Assembly: GCA_964016885.1 (NCBI GenBank)
Contig: OZ024759.1
Coordinates: 17,608,001-17,672,000, forward strand
Reading direction: 5' to 3'
DNA length: 64,000 nt
From: Eledone cirrhosa
Lineage: Eukaryota
Part shown: positions 52,886 to 64,000 of the stretch, piece by piece
Position numbering within the stretch: position 1 is the first letter of the stretch
Layout of the letters: the number at the start of each line of letters is the position of its first letter
The notes under the pieces: generated by a model
Told to the model about the DNA's origin: nothing
Seen by the model: the letters and a program-made list of their open reading frames with translations, nothing else
Database searches by the model: none
Made by a program: the position numbers and the translations under genes

Positions 52886-53397
52886 CAATATATAAACAGT
52901 TTTATAAATAATTTTGACGTACCATAAATATTGAGCAACCGTTATGTAGGAAGCCGGTTTGGTATATCTACTCCAAAACTTGTTGAGTGCTTTATATCTG
53001 TTATAAAATATTTGCTTGTTGTAACCCAACAATTTTAAATAAAACTTTTGCATATATATATATATATATATATATGCAAAAACTCACAATAGTCCCCAAT
53101 AATTAAGTTAATATATATGTATATATAATAATATATATATATAGATATACATATATATATATATATATATATAGGATAATGTTATTGTTTAAGGTGATAG
53201 GTAATATATATGTGTGTGTATCCCAGGTTCAATCGGGGGTAACCACAGTAAGTAAGGTACTCAATACATAGCAGAGTATAGATATTTAATATAGAAATGG
53301 CATCGAGAAGCCACTTCCGTACTCTCTCTCTCTCTCTCTCTATGTGTGTAAACGGAAAGGTACAGGAAAAAAAGAGTGCTCTATGTAGGTTACATAG

Positions 53398-53452
<55 letters not shown>

Positions 53453-53454
<2 letters not shown>

Positions 53455-53787
53455 AGGCACATGGCTTAGTGGTTAGAGAGCATTGGGCTTGCAATCAAAA
53501 GGTTGTGAGTTCAATTCTCAGACCGGGTGATGTGTTGTTTCCTTGAGCAAGACACTTTATTTCACATTGCTCCAGTTTACTCAGCTGTAGAAATGAGATA
53601 ATAGGGACTGGGGTACCTACCATTATACTGTAAAGTGGACGTGGAGGGGCCACGGCAAAAAAGCACCCAGCACTCACTGTAAATGAGGTTGGTGTTAGGA
53701 AGGGCATCCAGCTGTAGAAATCAAGCCAGAATCAGTTCCCGTCCCACCCTTGCAAGCAGGGAAAAGCGGACGTAAAATGATGATGAT
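53453..53787 (+). mobile_element. Full-length tRNA-derived SINE with RTE-type tail
   Basis: A and B boxes and (GAT)n tail; inserted in (TA)n. Confidence 0.88.
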
Positions 53788-54993
53788 ATATATATATATA
53801 TGTGTGTGTATCTCAGCCTCTTTAAATATGTGTTCATCTTTTATTCTTCAATCTCACCTATCCTTTATTTGTCATTCGATATAACACACATACATCACTG
53901 CTACAACAAATGCTTACACACACCACCACTACACATCACTACCACCATCATCACTCATATACTCATCTCCACAGCAACACATGTATACACACACACAACA
54001 CCACTGCTGCACATACATACACACATCACACATTCACACACACATACCAACACCATTGCACATACATACACACATCACACATTCACACACATATAACCAC
54101 CACTGCACATACATACACACATCACGCATTCACACACACATACCAACACCACCTCACATACAAACACACATAACACATTCACACACACATACCAACACCA
54201 CTGCACATACATACACACATCACACATTCGCACACACATACCACCACCACTGCACATACATACACACAGTCACACCCCATTTCAACAGGCTTCACATATA
54301 GGCAAAGACTACACACACACACACTACCACACACTCACAAACACACCATCACCTTCACGCATACATTCACACCGAGACTGTGACTGCCACTACATGCATG
54401 TTCACTTTCACACTATTACCACCACACACACACACACATGCGCCAGCACCACCAACACCACACATATACTCACACACCATCACCACTAGCATCACTATAC
54501 ATATACACATGCACATACCACCACACATACACTCACTAACAGCCCCTTACATACATACAAATACATACACACCATTTCACATGACTTTCTCCTGCTTACC
54601 TGTAAATAAACAGGCATACATCTCTCTCTATCCCCCTCTCTTTCATTCTGTCTCTCTCTCTCTGTTTCACTCTCTCTCTCTCCCTCTCTCCCTCTCTATC
54701 CCTCTCTATCTCTCTCTCTCTCTTTCACTCTCTTTCACTCTCTTTCACTCTCTTTCACTCTCTTTCACTCCCTTTCTCTCTCTCTCTCTGTCTGTCACTC
54801 TCTCTCTCTCTGTCTCTCCCCCTCTCTCTTCCTCTCTTTCTTCCTCTCTCTCTTCCTCTCTTTCTTCCTCTCTCTTCCTCTCTCTCTTTCACCCTCTCTC
54901 TTCCTCTCTCTCTTTCACCCTCTCTCTCTCTCTCATAACAACCACTGGTATAGAAATGTCCCTAACTCATATATCATGTGTTAGTTTGTGTGT

Positions 54994-55052
<59 letters not shown>

Positions 55053-55574
55053 AAAAAAATCTCTCTCTCTCTCTATCTATATATATATATATACACATAC
55101 ACGTTCACATACATATATATATATATATATATATAATATATATATGCCTCCAGATATATGTGTATGGTGCGTATGTGTGTGTGTATGTGTATATATATAT
55201 ATATATATACATACACACACACACACACATACATGCACACATTCATGTATACATTACCTTAGACATTTCGACAGCAATAGCAGAATATATGTACATATAC
55301 ATAAAATCACTAGTCATCTATATTAATGAATGGACACATTCACGCATACATACATTATAGCACATCAATATATGCACATACTTACTAACACATGCATATA
55401 CACACACTCATTCCAGTACATAATTTGGTTGTACATTTACATATATATATATGTAGAGAGAGAGAATAACTTACACACACTCTTACAAACAAGTACACAC
55501 ACACACACATACATAAATCTAAATGCGTTTACACAAATGAATGTGCTGATGTATATGATTGTATATTTATATAA

Positions 55575-55606
<32 letters not shown>

Positions 55607-56254
55607 GTTTATATATATGTATGTATGTATATATATGTATGTATGTATGTATATATATATATGTATGTATATATATATATGTATGTATATATATATATGT
55701 ATGTATGTATATATATATATATGTATGTATGTATATATATATATATATGTATGTATGTGTATATATATATATATATGCTCTCATCCTCAAATGATTACAC
55801 ACAAACACACACATATGCGATAAAAGTTGATTATATTTATATACATGCATACAGATGCATGCATACATGAATGTGTTCTCTCAAATGAACAGAATCATGC
55901 ATAGAATTTTATTTACACATTTACACACACATATATACATAAATACATAATGATTAGATTTATATATATATACACAGGAGAATGTGTGTGTGTACATGCA
56001 TACACAGATTCACAATAAATAATAAGGTAGTGCCATGCTGTGCATCTCATCCCAGTAAAGCTATTATCTGGAGCTCTGCATCTCCAAAGTTACATAATGC
56101 TGCACACATTTCTCAAGAAATACTACACCATAAATTATCACATAACACCACATTTCTATTGCACATTATCACGCTACATTATGACAATGTTGCATCATTC
56201 TATAGTGCACATTGCAGTATGATCTGACTACACTATTTTGCAGCATTAGTAAAC

Positions 56255-57170
56255 ACTCACACTACATTACCACACTACACTTCAATATTATGACATTATC
56301 AACTGTTTCCCACACTACATTACCACACTACACTTCAATATTGTGACATTATCAACTGTTCCCCACACTACATTACCACACTACACTTCAATATTGTGAC
56401 ATTATCAACTGTTTCCCACACTACATTACCACACTACACTTCAATATTGTGACATTATCAACTGTTTCCCACACTACATTACCACACTACAATTCAATAT
56501 TGTGACATTATCAACTGTTTCCCACACTACATTACCACACTACACTTCAATATTGTGACATTATCAACTGTTTCCCCACACTACATTACCACACTACACT
56601 TCAATATTGTGACATTATCAACTGTTTCCCACACTACACTTCAACATTATTACATTATCAACTGTTCCCACACTACACTTCAACATTATTACATTATCAA
56701 CTGTTTTCCACACTACACTTCAACATTATCATCTGTCCCACACTACACTTCAACATTATCATATTATCAACTGTTCCCACACTACACTTCAACATTATCA
56801 ACTGTTCCCACACTACACTTCAACATTATCAACTGTTTCCCACACTACACTTCAACATTATCAACTGTTTCCCACACTACACTTCAACATTATCAACTGT
56901 TCTCACACTACACTTCAACATTATCATCTGTCCCACACTACACTTCAACATTATCATCTGTCCCACACTACACTTCAACATTATCAACTGTTCCCACACT
57001 ACACTTCAACATTATCAACTGTTCTCACACTATACTTCAACATTATCATATTATCAACTGTTTCCCACACCACACCTCAACATTATCAACACTCCCCTCA
57101 CTACACCTCAACATTATCACATTATCAACATTTCCACACTACACTTCATCACCATTACACCCTCAATATA
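56255..57170. repeat. Minisatellite, 53-bp units grading into about 30-bp units
   Basis: ccacactacattaccacactacacttcaatattgtgacattatcaactgttt, then ccacactacacttcaacattatcaactgtt. Confidence 0.9.
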
Positions 57171-57457
57171 ATTAAAATGCTTGTTATTGCTTACTGAACA
57201 ACATTACATTCACTATTCCACAACATTATTATCACATCCACTGATCCATTGTCCCACAGCAACATTATCACACCCACTGTTCCATTCTCCCACATTATCG
57301 TATTCACTGTTCTATTGTCCCACAATATTGTCACCTTACCCTATCCTATTTTACTCTATGTTGGTATCAAAACCTTTCATTCCACCATTGGTTTTCAACG
57401 TTTATCATTACAAAGGAACACATTCAGTTGTATGACTTTTTAGGCAGATTCCAGACT

Positions 57458-57686
57458 TTAACCCTTTAATATTTACATAACTTTATATTTACTATTGTAT
57501 TTTTGCAGTAAAGGCTTTATCTCAGATAATTATTTCACATAATATTGAATCTATGAGATTTTGATATTATTTATTTTGGGAACAATACCGTAATATCAGT
57601 ATGAGCAGCTGGTTAAAGCTGGTTTGAACAGAAAGCGTTCAGAGAATTTTGGCCAGATACGACTGGTTTAAATGCTAAAGGGTTAA
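57458..57686 (+). mobile_element. Full-length TTAA-flanked (piggyBac-like) MITE, family A
   Basis: ttaaccctttaatattta ... taaatgctaaagggttaa. Confidence 0.85.
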
Positions 57687-58064
57687 AATAAAAACTATCT
57701 CTCCCTCCATCCCAGTACTACTTTTACAACAGAGCCCTGGGTTTGACAGACATAGGTTGGGAACAGCTATTCACTAGACTGCCTTACACAAATATGTCAC
57801 AAGTACTACATCACAACATTTTCACTGCTACACTATATTTCCACTATACAACCATAGTATTTATGTTGCACATTTATGAAACTACTTTCATACTATTGAT
57901 TTTTTCAATGGTACTTTTTTTTATTGCCATTTAGCTTATAGAAAAACAAAGACAATATTAATAACGACAGCAGCGATGATAGCTTACTTAGTGCATAAGG
58001 CCACATTTGTTTTTATAGTTGATTACATGAACTCAAGTGAAAATGAGAATCATTTCAGTGTGTC

Positions 58065-58680
58065 ACGATAGATGATGAGTTGATTAGGACTTGTTGGAAT
58101 GAAATTACATAGTTGGGTATGTAGTCTAGAGATGAACTGAGATTAAGATTTGGGACCAGGTTGGATGAAACTGCACACTGCTTATTGTTTAGTCCAAAGT
58201 TGAACCAAGATCAAGACTTATGACTTAGTGGAAACAAACTACATAGTGTTGGGTATTTAGTCCAGATTCGAGCTAAGATTAGGACTTGAAACTGGTTTGG
58301 ATGAAACTGCACACTGTTTGATGTTTAGTCCAAAGTTGAACTATGATTAAGACTTGTGATTTAGTGGAAAGAAACTACATATTGCTGGGTGTTTGATCCA
58401 GAGGTGAGCCAAGTTTAGGGCTTGATTCTGTTGTCTCGTATTGTGCTGAAGTTAGGACTTGAAACTGGGTGGGATGAAACTACATGTTGCTGGGTATTTA
58501 GTCCAGATTTGAACTGAGATTAAGACTTGATACTTTGTAGAAAGAAACTAAATACTGCTGATTGTTTAGTCTAGAGATGAGCCAAGATTGAGGCTTGAGA
58601 CTGTAGTCAAGTATTAAGCTGAGTTTAGGATTTGCAATCTGGTGGAATGAAACTACACACTGCAGCATGTTTAGCCCAGT
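58065..58680. repeat. Old degenerate satellite, about 67-bp period
   Basis: Recurring gatta(a/g)gacttg...gaaactacac...tttagtccaga. Confidence 0.7.
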
Positions 58681-59068
58681 GATCTACTTCTTCTAACATT
58701 TGTTATAAGAAATATATGCTAAATCTTAATAATTAAATCAATACACTACATTACATGTGTCTTAAGTTCACTTGGTCACAGAAAGATTATTGATAATACA
58801 TATGTATATGCACATATGCAGGCATGCATGGATACATAAATACATATATAGATGCATGAATACATACATCGATACATACATAAAGACTATGATATAAGGC
58901 AGATAAAAGAAGGCATATACAGAAGTGGGAATCATCTGACAAGCAGATGTTAATTTAATGTTAATGGTTCGTGAGAGGGAAAATGGTAAAAAAACTCTTA
59001 GAAGAGCTAGACAGCAGAAGGTCTTCAGGAAAGAACCCATCTACCTCAAGCAAATGTTTAACTTCTAG

Positions 59069-59280
59069 GGAAACATCTATATCAAACTAATGAGAAACCT
59101 GCAGATATTCCACTCTGACTCTAGCTTTCGATTTGCACCTGTGATTATTGGGACTCTTGGATATGTTACTAGCTTGAGAAGGACTTCACAAAATCAAAAA
59201 GAGAATAGCTAATTAGGAAATGTTAAATTCAGCTCATTAATGGAACTGTCAAAGTATGTAAAACATTCGTGAAGTTTAGC
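59069..59280 (+). pseudogene. R4/Dong-like (RLE-type) non-LTR retrotransposon C-terminal relic
   Basis: NIYIKLMRNLQIF...FAPVIIGTLGYV...LIRK.*IQLINGTVKVCKTFVKF resembles recalled R4-clade C-termini. Confidence 0.6.
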
Positions 59281-59507
59281 ATATTATAACTGCATATACA
59301 CACACATATAAATATAGCAACATATGTAATAGTTGCGTATACACACATATGAATATAGCAACAAACACACATACATATATATATATATATATATTAGTAT
59401 ATATATTAGTATATAGTATATATATATTAGTATATATATTAGTATATAGTATATATATATTAGTATATATATTAGTATATAGTATATATATATTAGTATA
59501 TATATTA

Positions 59508-59542
<35 letters not shown>

Positions 59543-59658
59543 TATATAGTATATATATTAGTATATATATATATATATATATTAGTATATAGTATATATA
59601 TTAGTATATATATATATATATTAGTATATATATATATATATATAGTAATATTAGTATT

Positions 59659-60013
59659 AAACAAAAGATATATGTTTTATATCATCTCTATTTATTTAAT
59701 TATATATATTTCGAAGATACAAAGTTTATGTATAACATAAATCAAAACATGTTCTCCTCAGACAAAATAACATTCGTAGACAAACATACTAGACAGATTG
59801 ATGATATATATACTTGGAGGTCATCAATCTGTCTAGTATGTTTGTCTACGAATGTTATTTTGTCTGAGGAGAACATGTTTTGCTTTATGTTTTACATAAA
59901 CTTTGTATCTTCGAAATATCTTTGTATCTTCGAAATATATATAATTAAATAAATAGAGATGATATAAAACATATATCTTTTGTTTCTTGAGTATGTGTTC
60001 TTGAGTTTTATCA

Positions 60014-60016
<3 letters not shown>
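59659..60016. mobile_element. Fold-back element with a hammerhead motif in each arm
   Basis: Arms 59659-59804 and 59821-59985, 16-nt spacer, tail then (TA)n. Confidence 0.7.
59692..59770 (-). ncRNA. Type I hammerhead ribozyme motif (CUGAGGA)
   Basis: Minus strand: TTATTTTGT-CTGAGGA-gaa...tttatgt/acataaa...ttc-GAAA-TATATA-TA-ATTAAATAA; mirror copy on + at 59855-59952. Confidence 0.6.
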
Positions 60017-60064
<48 letters not shown>

Positions 60065-60354
60065 TAAAAATATTAAAAAAATAATGAATAAAACAATGAA
60101 ACAGTTCCTTATATTAAATAAAAAAAGTTCATTATTTAACGATCGTTTCTAGGACATATATGTGTTAGAATTGGCATGCATATTCAACAGATCTATGTAC
60201 AAAATTATACAAACTATCAAATTTAATATACTGTATTCCGTTTATCTTTCACCGAAAGTGATTTTTGAATGCATCTCTTCTTTCCATGATATCCGGATTA
60301 CATTGAGTTCTTCATACGGATTGGACACTACCGTAAACTCTTGGTAGATTTATC

Positions 60355-60389
<35 letters not shown>

Positions 60390-61241
60390 TGATAAAACTC
60401 AAGAACACATACAATGACAGTTATACCTGCAGACATACATAAATAAAGACACTCATAGAATTACCCAACTGATGTTGTCTAGATTCCAATGAAAGAACCT
60501 TGTTTTGGGGTTAGAAACTGGATCTACATGCACACACACACACATGTACATAAATACATATACACACATAGATAAATACACATGCATGTACATAAATACA
60601 CACCTGCACACAAACACACACATATGTATGTAAATGCACACACAGACACAAACATACACACACAAACATACACACACAAACATAAATACTTACATGCACA
60701 TAAATACGCACACACATTTACATAAGCACACACACACACACATATGTCTGTAAATGCACACATGCATTTACATAAACACACACATGTACATAAATGCACA
60801 CACACACCCATATGAAAACATATGCAAACATAACTTGATTTTTAGGTGGTTTATTTACATATTTACTTAATACACCTTGTAAAGTGGTTAAGAAACGAAC
60901 AAAAGTGTTGTCAATGGTTTTATTGACACCACTGAATGCAGCCAATCCACGCTCCGCCAGGAATCAAACTCTCGACCCTACAATTATGAGCTGAATACCC
61001 TAACCACAAAGCCACGTGCTTTCATTTGTCTTATACATTTCTGTATATTGCATTATTGGAGTGATTTTTTTTTTCTTTTTTTTTTTTTTTTTTCTACAAT
61101 AAAAATAATAAAAATGACATCTCAGTTACTTTCCATTTAATGGACTTTCATCACACACACACAGATACATACATATATATATATATAGCATTTACAGATA
61201 TACACAGCCACATACATAAATATTTATATATATATATATGA

Positions 61242-61280
<39 letters not shown>

Positions 61281-61360
61281 TATATATATATATATATATT
61301 AGTTACACACATATACAGATACAGATGTGTATCTCTATCTATATCATCACCATCATCACC

Positions 61361-61398
<38 letters not shown>

Positions 61399-61576
61399 CA
61401 TTTACAGACAACCCCCCACACACTTCTGTTTCGATTTCGTAAAACACATCAAAGACAGGGGTTGGACGACACTGTGGTCTCGGACAGAGCAAACAGCAGT
61501 ACCAGTAGCAGTCGCAGATGTTTACAAACACAGCCACACATATGCAACTTAACTTTCTATCCAATGCCCATATGTG

Positions 61577-61745
61577 AAGGCGCATGGCTTAGTGGTTGGA
61601 GCATTGGGCTTGCAATTGAAAGGTTGTGAGTTTAATTCTCGGACCAGGTGATGTGTTGTTTCCTTGAGCAAGAAACTTAAGTTCACGTTGCTCCAGTTTA
61701 CTCAGCTGCAAAAATGAGATGATAGGGAGTGAGGTCCCTATCATT
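61577..61745 (+). mobile_element. SINE 5' half
   Basis: Matches 53453-53610. Confidence 0.8.
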
Positions 61746-62008
61746 AAAATCATCCAAGACACCACCTATACAACGAGATATACCTTGGAGGAGGCCAGCT
61801 AAACCTGCACAGGTGTGAGCTGTCACGCACAAACAATGCCCATATGTCCACCAGACTTAATCACGGTTTTGTTATTTCATGAGGTTGTAGTGTTGTTTAG
61901 TATTTAGTATTGTAACTGGCTACATCACATGTCCTGTTGTAGTACATATGCTTACTTCTATTGAGCTTGGAGTATCTGTAACATCACACTATTTTTGAAC
62001 GATGTGTG

Positions 62009-62043
<35 letters not shown>

Positions 62044-62056
62044 GTATGTATGCATT

Positions 62057-62101
<45 letters not shown>

Positions 62102-62343
62102 ATGTATTTGTGTGTATGTATGTATGCATTTGTGTGTATGTATGTATGCATTTGTGTGTATATATATGCATTTGTGTGTGTGTATATATATATATATGCA
62201 TTTGTGTGTATATATGTATGCATTTTTGTGTGTATATATATATGTATGCATTTTTGTGTGTGTATATATATATATGTATGCATTTTTGTGTGTATATATA
62301 TGTGTGTATGTGTTTGTATATATATGTGTGTGTGTGTGTGTAG

Positions 62344-62384
<41 letters not shown>

Positions 62385-62711
62385 AATGAAAGTATAGAAA
62401 TTATTGTGAGCGTGAAGCCAACAGTATTTCATAACATATAAGTGACTATATAGATGCACTTACATATATAGATGCACTTGCATATATAGATGCACTTACA
62501 CACACATCAGAATGAAAATAGAATCTGTGTGTGTGTAATATATGTATATATATATATAATACACACACACACGCATACACATATATATATACTCACATAA
62601 ACACACACACATTACACATAGGGAGAGATTATAGAATAGTCTGTTGCATACACATACAAAAAATGACATGCAAATACTCCTATCCACACATGCTTACATA
62701 TACATTCTCTG

Positions 62712-62768
<57 letters not shown>

Positions 62769-62819
62769 CTCTCTCTCTCTCTCATATAAGCGTAACTATA
62801 TATATATATAGTTTATAGT

Positions 62820-63252
62820 TTTAGGGAACTGCTTCCTCTGCTGATGAAGAAGTGTTTCTCCCTGCGTACGAAATGCCGGTTGTATGATGCCTGTGTGAGG
62901 AGCGCGATGCTGCATGGTAGTGAGACATGGGCAGCAACATGTGTTGAGAGAGAAACTGTCTCTGAGAGGGATAGAATGTAGTGTACGGGAGAGGAGACTG
63001 AGCTGGTATGGACATGTGATGCGCATGGAGGATGACCGATGGGTGAAGAAGTGCCAGGAAATGCCAGTTGAAGGAAGACGTGGTAGAGGTAGACCACGAA
63101 AAACATGGGCGGAGGTGGTGAAAACAGACCTCAGATCGCTGAAGCTCACGGTGGAGATGACGAAGGACCGTGACGAGTGGAGAGATGCTGTGCTGAATAA
63201 GACCTGTCCCACCCTTGCGAGCAGGGAAGAGTGGACGTAAATTGATGATGAT
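62820..63252 (+). mobile_element. RTE family 2 3' fragment with internal deletion
   Basis: LYDACVRSAMLHGSETW...RRLSWYGHVMRM...GRPRKTW. Confidence 0.9.
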
Positions 63253-63365
63253 TATGTGCACACACACACACACGGAGTTTCCCAACCCAAGCACACATGC
63301 ATGAAAATATCAAAGCAACTTCAGGCACAAATACACGGAAATATATGTATAAATAACCATGTGTG

Positions 63366-63406
<41 letters not shown>

Positions 63407-63489
63407 ACACATATATTGTGCATGCATGCACTGACAACACTATGCTATTTATATAAAATATCTTTGAGCAATTCCTACTGACTGTGTGT

Positions 63490-63825
63490 GTGTTAGTATT
63501 TACCTCTTAGTTGATGTGTGTATGTGTATATATATGTGTGTGTGTGTGCGTTCGTGTTTACCTCTTAGTTAATGTGTGTATGTGTATATATGTGTGTGTG
63601 TATGTGTTAGTGTTTACCTCTTAGTTGATGTGTGTATGTGTATATATATGTGTGTGTGTGTGTGTGTGTGCTAGTGTTTACCTCTTAGTTGATGTGTGTA
63701 TGTGTATATATGTGTGTGTGTTAGTGTTTACCTCTTAGTTGATGTGTGTATGTGTATATATGTGTGTGTGTGTTAGTGTTTACCTCTTAGTTGATGTGTG
63801 TATGTGTTAGTATTTACCTGTTAAT
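63490..63825. repeat. Minisatellite gtttacctcttagttgatg(tg/ta)n
   Basis: About 7 copies. Confidence 0.85.
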
Positions 63826-64000
63826 TGTATTTCTCGGTATCGTTATGTATATATATGTATGTATGTGTGTGTGTGTGCATATACTTTTTATGTTTACCCG
63901 TTAGATCTCTCTCTCTCTCCATATATACATACATACACACACACATATATATATATATGCACACATTCTCTCTCTCACACACTCACACACACATATGTGT

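Noticed and set aside
53453-53530. tRNA gene
   Set aside because: The A/B boxes belong to a multi-copy SINE head; no full cloverleaf.

Overview
AT-rich, microsatellite-saturated eukaryotic DNA with no host protein-coding gene that I can support. Nearly all long ORFs in the track are translations of simple repeats. The repeat inventory resembles an octopus/coleoid genome, which is inference from recalled repeat families. It includes tRNA-derived SINEs, 5'-truncated RTE LINE ends with (GAT)n tails, a CR1-like ORF2 relic, an R4/Dong-like relic, a DD37D (maT) mariner relic and TTAA-flanked MITEs. The most notable signal is a dense set of short elements embedded in (TA)n tracts. They carry type I hammerhead-ribozyme motifs (stem I-CUGANGA-stem II-GAAA-short near-palindromic stem III-UH-stem I): about 7 recognisable copies plus several degenerate ones. 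Their stem II sequences differ but stay base-paired, and several sit in long fold-back inverted repeats. This fits non-autonomous Penelope-like/retrozyme-type retroelements targeting (TA)n. Coordinates were read by eye and may be off by a few bases.
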